Assembly (NCBI RefSeq): GCF_052425735.1
Contig: NC_135762.1
Coordinates: 17,050,001-17,114,000 of the forward strand
Direction: 5' to 3'
Length of the DNA stretch: 64,000 nt
Source of the DNA: Oculina patagonica
Lineage: Eukaryota
In this document: piece by piece, positions 36,801 through 49,400 of the stretch
Position numbering within the stretch: position 1 is the first letter of the stretch
Layout: every line of letters starts with the position of its first letter
The notes under the pieces: generated by a model
Told to the model about the DNA's origin: nothing
Databases searched by the model: none
Seen by the model: the letters and a program-made list of their open reading frames with translations, nothing else
Position numbers and translations under genes: made by a program

Positions 36801-39800
36801 TTTGTGTGTTCTTCTTTAGTAAGTGGGGTTTTTCTTCTACACATACATGTATATGTTGTAGGTCAAATTGCTTTTCTGTTTTAAATAATAAACTTGTTTC
36901 CAACCTAGGTTAATCTGTAACATTCTTACAATGACATAGCACAAATTTGATTCCGTAAAAAGAATTAATTAGTCTAATTTGTGTTAGGTGATTGTGAGAG
37001 TGTTACCTTCAGTTTAAGCTGAAACAAGTTTAACCTGCAAATCATCATGACCTACAACAAATACATGTGTCATGGTAAATTGTTTGCCAATTTACCGGTA
37101 CTTACAAATTCCAGGAAAAAGCATTTATTAGGAAATGTCACGATATATGTACAACAATCCTTTAATCCCTTTTTTAGGATAATTCATTATTTTAAGACTG
37201 AGATTATACTGATATTTTTCTTGCAGGGCCCATTTTCGACTTTCCACATTCAAAATGATCCAAATATTGAGTGGACAGGTATGAAGTTTAGTTCAGATGG
37301 TAAAATGATCTTGTTGGCCACAAATGGAGGAGTCATTCATTTAATTGATGCATTTCAAGGAACACAGCTACATACATTCACTGTAAGTATAATGTGTACT
37401 GTAGTCAACAATAACTCAACAATACAAGTATAGATGATATTGAAAGATGCACCTTGTACTGACGCGTACAATCCGGCACAACATAGAAGTATCCATCACA
37501 ACCCCGTTAGTGGTAACTATCCAGCATCATCACAATTACCCAATCAGTAAATTAGTTACCAATCCAATACTTACCAAATGCTACTGACAGTTATCTATTG
37601 AATAAAGCATGAAGGAGGGGGACAAAGATTTGTTGTTAAAGCTTTGTTTGTAGTATGATCCTTTGTCTCACGACATAGTCACTTGAGAGGGTAAATCAAC
37701 TGCATTGTAACCATGGACAACTGCCCCAGTTGTCAGTGCTAACTTGATTGTCATTGACATCAGGATTTTAATAGCATGTGAAACAAGCTGGCCTACACGT
37801 ATTTTGCTCTGTTTACTTGGTTGGGTTCATGGGCTTGAACAGCATAAACAGAAGTATCAAGTTATCTCATCTCATCTTGTCCATTATCCTTTTCTCATTT
37901 GATACAAACAATAGTTATATGAAAACTCAAAATGTCATATATCTATGGCATTTTGAGTCTTTTTCTCAGATATTCTACCATAACCTTGATAATAAGGACT
38001 TACACAAGTCTGGAAGATTGACAGTCTGGTTAAGTGAAAAAGAGAACTGACATCACGTTATACTAGGGAATCATAGCATTCAGAACTACATTCAGCCTGT
38101 ACCTTAGATATCTTTTCATCCATGTTGTCAGGGTCATAATGTAACAAGATCTACACCAGTTGAGGTTTGTTTCTCCCCTGATGCTCAGTATATCATCTCA
38201 GGTAAACCATTTCATATTTTTTTTACATTACAGTGGTTAAGTTTCATATTAGTCGTCAGTTGGTGAGTATCTCTAGCTCAGTGCTCGACACCAACGTTAG
38301 TACACTAGCCCAGGAATTTCATGCTTGGCTAGTAAAAGTACTTTCCTACTAGCCCATAGACTAGTAAGATTTGTGGAAAAATAAATCAACTACAACTCTA
38401 TAACTTGGGAAGTTTTTCTCCCAGAAACCTTCATCAGGATCTAGTTTCCATAGCTTGAGTAATTTAAACCAGAGCGCTTGCGACCCACATCGCATACGGA
38501 TTTTTATCGTACGATCAACTCGCAAACCTGACGCCATCTTGGAAAAGACCCTCTGTCTTTGTTTCCATGACACCCAAAAGGGACCTGGGAGAGAGCCATA
38601 TTTATAAGTCGGCCATCTTGGGGTTTTCGCGCAAGCGACCGCGCAAGCATGATTCCAAGCTTTTGTAACACTTTACCTACAAGAAAACCGCCTTCAAGGG
38701 CCGATAATCGTGAGCCAGATTTACATTGTTCACCAGAGGACCACACACAGCATGAAGAGAAAAATAAGTGTGATCCACGGTCAAGAAATTCTTAACCGAG
38801 TTGGATGATAGCATCGTTGCTGCGTCTCAGTGAAGGAAAGATGTACTTGTGTGGACTCAAACAAATATAGTGCTAAGAGATTAGCTGATTCAAACTTGGC
38901 TGTTTTTATTTTTTTTTAAAGGGGGGGGGGGGGGGTGGGGCTAATAACTTGTCCTTGTGAGCTAGTGATTATTTGTACCTACTAGCCAATTGCCTAGTAT
39001 CCAAAAACGTTAGTGTCGAGCACTGTAGCTTCTCCAGGGCTTGAAAAAAAGTGTCGTCCAGGACAAGTAGATTTTCTTGCTGCAAGTAACCTTTTATTCT
39101 CACTTGCCCAATACTGTACTACAAAGTGAATACATAGTGAACCATTAACAAAAAAACCCTGCAACAACAAATATTTGTGTTTTGTGTAAGGCAGATTTAC
39201 GGTAAGAATGAAAAAGACTCAGGGTGTGAACTTTCCTTTTGTGTTGTAATTACACAGGCTCTCAAGATGGGCGTGTCCATGTGTGGGGGTCAGACAGTGG
39301 TCAGAAGCTGACTGTTTTAGAGGGAAATCATCCTGGTCCAATTCAATGTCTTGGATTTAATCCTAAGCACATGATGTTGGCTAGCGCTTGTACTAACATG
39401 GTAAGTTGAAACTTATGGCCAACTTGAACATGTGCTTTGTGTCTTTACTCTTTCTTATGGTTTGATTTAGGGCTCAAGAACCTTCCAATAAGCACTAACT
39501 TCTGAACGGCTCAGACATCATTCCTGCACAGGGCGCAAAATAATTTTTTAAGAGTTATGGCCAATCAGTATACAAAAATGCTATTCCCTTTTCTTCAGTG
39601 TAGAAAAACACACTCCACGATTTTTTGTCCTTGTGAAAATCCAACTTTTTGCTAAAAGTATGTTTGTTGTTAGACACATGTTCATGTAAAGGTAAAGTAT
39701 TAGGTATGTAAATGTATTAGGTAAAGTCTGTGTCTGAGCCAAGTGGCCCATAGAGCCGGAGGTTATCCTGGTTTCTGTAGCATTAAGCACTAGGAGTATT

Positions 39801-40095
39801 GCTACTCCCCTGGATGGAAAGCCAGTCCTTCGCAGGGTTACCTCCAGCAGTAAATTGGCCGGTACCAATTTATACTCCTTGGTGGAGAGAGGCACTGTTA
39901 GAGTTAAGTGTCTTGCCCAAGAACACAATGCAGTCAGGGCTTGAACCCGGGCCGTTCGACCTGGAGTCAAGCACTAGCCATTAAGCCACTACGCCTCCCA
40001 TTGTTATTACTTATAGTTTTTTTATTTATTTATTTTTTCAGGCATTTTGGTTACCTAATTTGGAAGAGCTTGACGAGGCAACTAAAAGATCATGA
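33809..40095 (+). CDS. WDR82: WD repeat-containing protein 82 (SET1/COMPASS and PNUTS-PP1 subunit), 9 exons, 321 aa
   Basis: Exons 33809-33969, 34097-34194, 35010-35076, 35575-35674, 36487-36603, 37227-37382, 38132-38201, 39258-39400 and 40042-40095, all GT-AG and in frame (966 nt). Protein [25 protein letters not shown]...[11 protein letters not shown]...ASACTNMAFWLP is very close to human WDR82. Confidence 0.97.
34425..34899. mobile_element. pogo/Tc1-type MITE in WDR82 intron 2
   Basis: TA|ccgtatttactcgaataag ... ctaattcaagtaagtatgg|TA, imperfect TIRs. Confidence 0.75.
36055..36400 (-). mobile_element. SINE body with a nested palindromic insertion (36,117-36,229)
   Basis: Homologous to the SINE at 39,720. 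Insert bounded by taagcatttgacaataaaaa / tttttattgtcaaatgttta. Confidence 0.7.
38279..39025. mobile_element. MITE with CAGTG termini and 5-bp TSD TAGCT
   Basis: TIR cagtgctcgacaccaacgtt / aacgttagtgtcgagcactg (19/20 match); tagct at 38,274-78 and 39,026-30. Confidence 0.85.
39720..39999 (-). mobile_element. tRNA-derived SINE
   Basis: Minus-strand head gggaggcgtagtggcttaatgg (A box) ... gggttcaag (B box); body shared with copies at 36.1k, 41.8k and 51.1k; (TTTACC)-like tail. Confidence 0.85.
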
Positions 40096-40320
40096 CCAAG
40101 TAAACAAGAAACAACTTGTGTTGAATATTATTCAACACAAAATCAACACAAAATGCAGATTAACTGAGTTTGAACAATATCATACATAAATTTCTATGTT
40201 TAAACAGTTCCTTTCTTGGTTTTTACAGAAAGGACATTATAAAAACTGTTATACATAACATATCTACCAGTAGTTGTCATAATGTCTTTTAGACTGGAAT
40301 AGATACTTCATTTAAGTGTA

Positions 40321-40326
40321 AATAAA
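40321..40326 (+). terminator. Candidate WDR82 polyadenylation signal
   Basis: AATAAA 225 bp after the stop codon; a second one at ~40,371. Confidence 0.5.
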
Positions 40327-41144
40327 GGTTTTTGAATGCCTACTACATTTATCAGAACTGCCTTTTCTTAAATAAAAACTATTGCAGTCATGGCATGATG
40401 TGAAGTCAAGCAACCTGCAAATTGAACATGCTTCAAATCCAGTGAAACCTTGTGAATGGTTTAACAATTTAAAAATTCTTAGCAGAAATGAAATACATTT
40501 TTTGTCAGTAACTGTCATTGAAAATATGCAGATTGTTTGTCAGCTGTTTATGTCTTGATGGTTGGCCGACAACTTGGCTCATTTTATACCAGAAATTTTA
40601 TCTTTACTGTTCCCCATTTGTGGTTTAGAAGATGATTAGTTTCGTTGTCAAGCAACCATCGAAACAACTAAAACCTGCGCGAACTTGTAAACTCAATACA
40701 GCTGCCTTAAACTACATAGTGTGATGCAGCTGTATTGACAGCTTAAAACTTTGTCTGCATAATTTCTCGTTTTTTGTGGTGTTTAGGTTTGACAAGATTT
40801 TAGAAGAAAGGTCAAGTCTGCGCATGTACAAGATTGAGAGTTCCAACTTGTATTTTCCACCTGAAGAACCCCTAAAAACTTTTCTTACAGAATTGAGAAA
40901 CTGATGCACTAGAAAAGAAAATTGCCAAACCTTACTCAAATAAATTAGTATTCAATAAAAATATCTTAATGATCATTTGTTATGTTAATGCCAGTCTTTT
41001 CAAAGCTCTTATAGAATGAACTATTAAGCTATTTATTGCATCTGTATATCTTTTCTTCTTTTTTGCTATAGAATTACCCACAATAAAATAGTTATGGCTT
41101 TGGAAGTGTTTTTTTATTCCCTTTCTTCAATCAGATTATGTGTG

Positions 41145-41304
41145 CAGTGGCAGATCCACTTTGAAGTGCCCCCCCCCCCTTATTTTTTCAGAAATAGCGC
41201 ATTTTCTTTGAAGTGCTGGAATTTTCTTCGCAGAATTCAATATTCATAGTCAAGCGCCCCCACCCACCCCCCCCCCCTTAGCTAAAGGTCTGGATCCGCC
41301 ACTG
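41145..41304. mobile_element. MITE with CAGTG termini and 5-bp TSD GTGTG
   Basis: cagtggcagatcca / tggatccgccactg; gtgtg at 41,140-44 and 41,305-09. Confidence 0.75.
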
Positions 41305-41754
41305 GTGTGGTATTTAGTTGTAGAAGTTGACTAATCAGCCCCCCAACCTTTGGGGGGACAAGGTTCTATAGTCATCAGGGAGTAGTTTACTTGTTTGCCT
41401 TCTGGTCTTTTATATTGCATCTCCTCCCATTGCTGACCTGCCATTTACATCAGCAAAACTTGGCACGCTCGTAAAGACTGTTTTAGTAAACCATTAGAAA
41501 CATATTTACCAAGTTTAATTTGTGTTATAATAATTGAGGCTGAAGTGTTTTTTAAAAGTGCCAAGTTCAAATGAATAAAGCTACCTCTCATCGCTCCTGG
41601 CTGCATTTGCCATTCAAAAATCTAAAGGTGGCCAGAAGTTATCATGGGAGGCACCAGTATTCACAGGCTACTGTTCACCAGTAGGAGAAAATTGTGGATG
41701 TGGCACTGTTTTACTCCTAAAACACAGTCGAGTTAGATGACATACATGTAGCGG

Positions 41755-42160
41755 GTTAAGTGTGCATTTGGACCCAGGGTTATCCTAGTTTCCATAGTAT
41801 TAACCAAGTGTATTTTTCTTCTTCCTGGATGGGATGCTAGTCCACTGCAGGGTTACCTCCTGTATGAAATTTGTTGATACCCATTTATACACATGGGTTG
41901 AGAGATACTGGCTGTGAGAGAAGTGTCTTCCCAAGAACAGAACAGTGACCCCAGCCAGTGCTTAAATCTTAACCCAGACTGCTCAATCCAGAGTCCAGTG
42001 CACTAACAATCGGGCCCCAGTTGTTCGAAAGCTGGGTAACCCTATCCACCGGATAAATTGCCATCCGGTGGATAGCATAGTATGTGTTGCTAACACCTAT
42101 CTGCTGGAAAGCAATTTATCCAGCTTTCGAACAACCGGGGCTAGGGAACTGCATCTGCAT
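41755..42160 (-). mobile_element. tRNA-derived SINE with a Harbinger-like MITE (42,013-42,141) inserted in its head
   Basis: SINE body homology; MITE TIRs ggccccagttgttcgaaagctgg / ccagctttcgaacaaccggggc. Confidence 0.7.
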
Positions 42161-42438
42161 CCCCTGTGCTAAGGGACTATAGTTAACACATTGTGGTATT
42201 TATTTCTGGACAACATTTTCTAGTAATCTCAAAATCCACATTATAGGCATTTTGTTTGAAAATCACCTATCTGCTGGATAGCGATTTATCCAGCTTTCGA
42301 ATAACCGGGGCCAGGCCACCGCATCTGCATCCCTGTGCTAAGGGACTATAGCTAAGACATTGTGGTATTTTTTTTCTGGACAACATTTTAAAGTAATCTC
42401 AAAATCCACATTAAAGGCATTTTGTTTGAAAATCACCT
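42094..42438. repeat. 170-bp tandem duplication
   Basis: cacct at 42,094, 42,264 and 42,434 bounds two near-identical units. Confidence 0.9.
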
Positions 42439-43659
42439 TGCAGTTGGGCAAGTTCTGGGTTTTTTACATGCAGACATTCAATTCATAGAAGAATAAGGTA
42501 GAAGAAAATAAGAAACCAAACTTTTAATCCATGTACACGTATGTACAGACCAATTCAATAATACTTTACAATTAAATGCTAAATACAATGTTCTATTGTG
42601 CAGACACACTAATATAATAATAGTCTAGTAACAGAGAGTTTATGCACCATCTTTTACTTGCCACTGAGTCTCAATACTTTCTCCTCAAATCACAAATTAA
42701 AATCTATCAGAAATTAACAGAAAATTCACACTTTCACTTTTTGACAAAAACCAAATTTTTGCCACTCATTAAATAAACAAACATGATGCTTAAAATCTCT
42801 CAAATAGAATTGAATCACCCCTTGTTGAGTGTTAGAGTTAGTTGAGAATTATCACATACAAGCAAGAACTTTTTTCCTTACAAAAATATATTTATCTTTC
42901 TCTCAATCCTAGAATAAAGGAAATTTGCTTTTAACTGCCAGCAGTACCCCATTTTGGACATAACATGTACATGTATAGCACCCAACCCACCCCCATCAAA
43001 ACAAAGTTTGTTGTTTCTAGAAAAGTACACAGACCTATGTGTATTGCAACTGTAACAAGTCGTTTTGACATGAGACAAACTCACAAAAAGGCTTGTTTTT
43101 GGCATTTTCAGCACCTAAAACAGGTTCTTTTGCCCTACATTTTTTAACAGAATTGCCCCTCCCCCTCCCCCCCCCTTCCCAGATTCACCACTGATGCTAT
43201 CTTGTGTTATATATTCCCTGGCAGTTGAAATAATAGAAAATTAATAATCCTATGTAGTTAGCTACATCGTCTGTGATTCATGGCTTTCAATAATTCAACA
43301 TAAGCTATCTCAATCTATATATTAGTTAACATGAAATAAAATTTGCTTTTAATTATCTAAAGGTACTATTTTATTATGATTCCTGAAAGCAAGAGGTATA
43401 ATAAAGCCTCCTCTAAATTAAGACGCTAAAGAAGCTTTCAGAGTTTAAGAAAGATTTCCTTTTGGGCGATTATACGACTTGACTAAGCAACAGAGGTTTT
43501 GAAAAGTCATTTAATAATTATAACGTACAGCACCATATTACCTATAGTATATCTCAACTAGCAATAACACTCGACAATCCAAAATTCACGATGATAAATC
43601 TATCATGCCTCTGAGACCCTGAGGCAACCCAAGTCATTAGTAAATACATCATAATACTC

Positions 43660-46209
43660 CTATGAACAATCTGTAAATGTTGTAACCATATTTCCCACTT
43701 TTCTTGTGACAGTTCGGCAACTTCTGCCTCCTGAAAAGTTAAAAGATAAACAAACTTAGAATGCGCAAATTGATGTAAAGGAAAAGATTGTGTAAAAAAA
43801 TTTTGAGGAAATAACGTTATGTTATATTGTGTTGTGTTAATCACAAGCTCATGGGGATATTTAGTAAAGATGGCAACATTCAATCTGGACATAACAGTGA
43901 ATGGATTACGTTAAGACATGACTTGAATTCAACTTTCAATGTTTGCTCTGCTATCGTCTTTGCAAAAGTTATCATAAATTAACAGTAACATTTAGATAAC
44001 ATTAATAAAATCTGCAGATTTTTCCTTTGTAATCACAGTGGAATATTATTCTAGAAATCTGTACATGTGCCATCCTCTGTGAGGGCCTCGCACTAATATT
44101 GATCAAATCAAAATTAGCAATAACACAAGTACAGTATGGCTAAACACAATTATAAGACCATAGACATTTTAAATTGGTAGCAGAAATGGGATGAAGTACT
44201 CAGCTCAAAATATTATTTTCCCAGTTTTGTCGTATAAAATCCTTCTTTTAATCAGTAAAACATTAAAATTATTTTTTTTTATGTACTTACTTGTATGCTG
44301 AAACTCTGAATGTTTAACATTTCTGTGCATCCTATCTCCCCGATCATTTGTGTATAAGTCCTCTTTATGTCTGCTATTGTGGAAGTTGTCCTCACCAAAG
44401 AATGAGTCTCCAAAACCACCAAATTTGAATCCTCCGAAAAAGTCATCATCCTCATCCTCGTCATCATCAAAAAAATCATCAAATCCTCCGCCAAATGAAA
44501 ACTTAAAACCATTTCCATTCCCACGTCCATGTCCACTTCCAAAACCAAAGTCAAAATCTTTGAACATGTCATCAAAGCTTTGGAATCCTTGGTGGAAGTT
44601 GAATCCATTATCATTCATTCCTTCAGATCCAAACTGATCATACTGACGTCTTTTTTTTTCATCTGATAGTACTTCATATGCTGAAAGTGCAAAAAAAAAA
44701 ATGGTAAGATATCTGAAATCTTTGTAAAGACATGAAATCCCAACACTCGATCAGCTTAAGAATTCATTAATCAGAGACACTTTCACATAATCTAAGGTCG
44801 CTTCACTTCCAAGAACATCCCAGTGTTTAAAAACAGTGTACAATAATTATTACAGGGTACATCAACATTTAACTACAACATATCTGTGTTCTGGAGTCCT
44901 GGTGTCCCAAATTAATCTTAAAACACTTGAGTTTTAAAGCAAATCTCAGTACTGTTGTATTGGACAACAGTAAATTGCTTGGACAACTGGTCAAAAGTCT
45001 GGCTTGTATTATAAAACTCTGGTGATTGTTTTTCTCAAAATGGCAACCTCAAGTTTGCCAAACCAAAGTTATGCCAAAACTGTACCTATTTGTCTATTGG
45101 GTGGTTTTGTAGGGCTTTGTCAGAAAAAAAAAATCATAAAAATATGATATGGACCTGTTTTTGATTAACAAAAACTACTTGATTTGTCACATCACAAATT
45201 TGTTGTACTGAGTGATAACTGTTCTAATGGCTTAAGATTGTGTAGAATGTACATGTACTTGTTATTCTCTGTTAGTACAGGGTGTGAAACATTACATGGA
45301 CACATACTTGAGCTTATAAACTTACATAAGGAACAATAAATTAAAGTGACAAATCTGACAATTTCTCTGAAAACAGTGATCCAAATAATAAGAGTGAATT
45401 GTGTACAAAGCTGAAATTTCTTGCTTCGTTGCCAGTTTTAAACCAATTAGATTTGTCAAGGTTGTCAAATGTCATGATCAATTAAGCATATTGTGACTCA
45501 AAAGCAAAGAATCCACACTTGAATTGACAAGCAAAATGGAAAATGTTCGAGACATTGTTGTGCAATCCACAAGCACGCTGTAATGCAAACAATTCTGGAA
45601 TTAAATGAAATTAGAAATTTTCGATGCATGAACAACCTTTCAAAAGACATAATTTCCGAGAGAAGAAGCTAGCAGTTTTGATTCATTGATGAAAGGGCTG
45701 ATGAAAACGATACCAAATTAACACTAAAATATGCAAAAGACACTGGATTTTAAGTGTCCGACTTGTGTTCGTATTCTCAGCGAATTTACGATACATAACA
45801 ACGAAACATCAGCACTCATCTTAGTTGAAGAAAAATGACGGAATATAAGGTTTTACGATAACAGTCTTGTGTAAAATCAATCGCAAATCTTGCTCAATAT
45901 TTTTGTTTTCTATCTCTCTTTCCAGAGAGTCCAGAGGAAACAAAATTTCAAGAGTGATGTAGACGAATCAATATAACCTTAAGCTTACGTACCTTCAGCA
46001 ATTTCGCGAAATTTTGCCTCTGCATCTTTCTCCTTATTTTTATCAGGATGATATTTCACAGCAAGCTTTCTAAACGCTTTCTTGATCTGTCTGTCGTTGG
46101 CATCTCTTGGTACACCCAAGATTTTATAATAGTCCTTGGCAAGTGCCAAATCGATTACGAGAATGCTGAATGCCGCCGTTACAAGTAGAACAAGATTGTC
46201 GCAATTCAT
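43660..46209 (-). CDS. DNAJB9: DnaJ homolog subfamily B member 9 (ERdj4)-like ER co-chaperone, 3 exons, 225 aa
   Basis: Exons 46209-45993, 44680-44291 and 43730-43660 (678 nt, GT-AG). Signal peptide, J domain with HPD, G/F-rich region, and C-terminus [19 protein letters not shown] matching the DNAJB9 signature. Confidence 0.93.
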
Positions 46210-46468
46210 TGTCCGTCAATCTGAAGGTTGGTAATCGAACAATCGATGAAAGAACAATGTCCCAGCGTTCACAACACGCCAGAAGGAGCTTGGCAGAAAA
46301 TATTTTCCAAGCGAACGTGTAGGCCTGTTGGTAGAGAACGTTTCCTTCGAACTGCAGCATACGAAGCGTTTTGTGATTGGTCAGTTTATCCGAATGACGT
46401 TCACTTCCGCCAAGGTGACAGAAAGTCTTCCCACAAGTCCTTGCTGTCTTTTCACAACCAAAACAAAC
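46210..46468. promoter_or_regulatory. Putative bidirectional promoter between DNAJB9 and CRBN
   Basis: Only 259 bp between divergent ATGs; ATTGG (CCAAT) at ~46,376, TGACGT at ~46,395, ETS-like CACTTCCG at ~46,402. Confidence 0.7.
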
Positions 46469-49400
46469 ATGGCAGACGAGTCTTCTGATGAAGATCAAGA
46501 CGTTCAAAATGGTTATGATGGTGAACTGGATCTCTACCTCGCGGGCGATTCTGGGTCAGATACTAGTGATTCTGCAGGTAATGTTAATATGCAATAGAAA
46601 TGGTTTGAAGGATGTATTAAGGAATTGTTATTAAAATAGGTTGTAAATTTGAATCATGATCTCCAGCATGCAGCTTGTATTTAATGCGATTTTTGACATC
46701 TGTACTCCATTCATTGGAGAAACTGTAACTTAATTAACTAAGATCTGCCAAGAAGTATATTTTTCACATGAAGCATATGAGAAGTTTACCGTTTTCAATT
46801 TTCAACTTATCTTTCTGCGATGTAAACACAGTACTTTTATCACACTATTATACACTTCTTTTTGTCAATTTTTGATGTTTTTGGTGAGAAATTGGGGATA
46901 TTTGCTATTAGTGTTGTTTTGTTTGATTGACCTTCTTCTTACTCTGTCATTTTTTGGGTTATGTGGCCAGTTTAAATCTATCTTTGGTTTAAATTTTTTT
47001 TAAACCAGTTTGAGTTTTATTTTCCTTTGCTTCAGATTATGATAATCAATTTGAAACAAGGAAGAATTAAAATCAAAGTGGTTTGAAAATTTTTAAACCT
47101 AAGATAAATTAAAACCTCAACAGTTGCACAACCTTGTTCCCAGAGAAATGGTCTCTTGCTCTCTCCCCGTCCCCCAAAGCAAGAGAGTCGGGGAGAGAGA
47201 GACCCTGGGAATGACTACAGGCAAAATATGTTTGGATAGAACCAGCTTTAATACATCACAGGAAAAGAAACACAGTGTGATTTACACAAGAGTCAAAGTA
47301 ACCACAATACAATAGTGAATATGCCATTATTTAATAACTGCTTGAATGGACTTCCACTTTGGGAGTGTGGGACTGTAGGAGCAGTAAATGCTCTAATTGA
47401 GTTGTTGGTTGGCAAATTGAAATAAGTTGTTGACATTGCATCAAAACGTCTATAGTTATAACCCTATCCAGGTTTGTTCTGTTGTGTCACAGTTGTTATG
47501 TTGTTGTGCAAGATACAGTTTCATACCTGCCAACCCCCAGAGTGCAAAAATCTGGAGACATCCAGAAATCTTTGCATTGTAAGGATATCATTTAAGAGAA
47601 TGTTTGAATACTCTCTGAAAATCCGACTGGGAGTCTTGATGAAAAACTTGGAGTCTCCCTGGAAAATCTGGAGAGTTGGCAGGTATGCAATTTTTTCATT
47701 ATCTAGAGCTCTTAACTGAGAAGTTGAAGTGATTACCAATAGATTGTTAGGGAAACCTGACAAAACGCTTCCAAAGAGGTAATCTGGAATGGTCCAGCAT
47801 ATTCCAATCCAGTTCCTTATTGTTACATAAATGGAATTGCAAATACAACTGATTTCCCACCTTAATGTTTCTGTCTTTTTCTGTTAGCTGAAATTGTCCA
47901 GGAGAGTGATGACAGTGAAGGTCACAATATCGTGAATTTTGACCAGTCTCTTCCTACAAGACACCAGGTGAATAATTCCACAAAGTTCCAATTATAATAA
48001 GCTCCTTAACCCTTTAAGCCCCAAGGTGACTGGTCTATTTTCCTAAATTATCAATAAATATTAAATGGATGTCCATGTATGATACACCAATCGAAGGGTA
48101 TTGATCAGAATAGTCATAAAACATGTCAACAAATAATAAAAAATTAATAGCCTTGAATGAAATGGCTTTAAAGCGTAAAAAGAAAAAGGTTTTAAAATGT
48201 GTTTATCTCCGTATATTGTAGGTATACCCCTAAACTATAGCTTATTGTGCCGCTCTCAGTGTTGTGGTTAGTTTCAGTTATGTTGCATCTCACATACGTA
48301 TCAGGAAAAAAAGTTTCAAAAGTTATAGGGGTGGTCAGTCAAGTCACAAACAGGGGGAGCAATTTTATGTTTTCAAAATGCAGATCTTTCCAAGGGAATT
48401 TTGGTGGCAAAAATTCAAATTGATCAGACAAATATTGACCGAGTTATGACCTCATGTGCCAAATGGCACTATCAGGGCTTAAAGCCCAAATCATACCACA
48501 GAGGTCTCAAAACATACTGAAAACTGCCCTGATATTGCAGCAACAAATCGTGCCCAAATCACCACTAGTTTACACTTACAATTTTTATCGTGAGCTTGTG
48601 CATGACAAAAGTTGCATTGGAATTAATGTGACAAAAACTGCATCAAAATTTGCATGTATGAACAGGCCTTTAAAAAGTTAATGTTTAGGTAATTACCATA
48701 TGTCAACTTTCACAAGTGAGATGAAGAACACAATTTATTGTCTTTTGCAGTATCTTGGTGAGGAAATGGATGAGTTCAGTGGACGTACCTATCATGAACC
48801 TGGCACGCACATTGCCCTGCCATTGTTAATGTTACCTGGTTTAGTTCTGGTCCCTGGACAAACACTTCCTCTTCACTTGTTCCAGCCACAGGTTATTAGA
48901 CATGTGTTACAATGATTATACTCAGACTTACCAGTAGTTCAGTTCAAAAAATCTTATATTCCTGATAGTAGACATTTAAAATTTCTTCCATTTTAGAGTC
49001 TCTGGACCGTGATATACAGGTCATAACCAGGAATATTACTATAGTTACATATTTATTCTCTTAGTAGCTTTAAGGAGTTCATGCAAAGTAAAGTTGAGCA
49101 TGTTTTCGCCAATTTCTTGGGTGCATTCTCAGTAACTATGTTTTGCAATCAAATTGCAGTCAGTGGCAATGATGAAAAACATAATAGAAAAAGACAGAAC
49201 ATTTGGCCTAGTGAATGCAAGGTAAGAGATATTAGGTAAATGATATTTTCTGTAGCATGAGGTAACTAGGGGTGTTCTACTTGTCACCCTGCATGCCTTA
49301 ACATTCTGTAGGTTCTTTACAACTGTAAGTACAGTCAAAGCTGGACCGCTTCAACTGCACCTAGAACACAAAATTAATGTAAACATGCTACTAAAAACAA

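Noticed and set aside
39930-39999. tRNA gene
   Set aside because: The A/B boxes belong to a SINE head followed by a shared SINE body; there is no complete cloverleaf.
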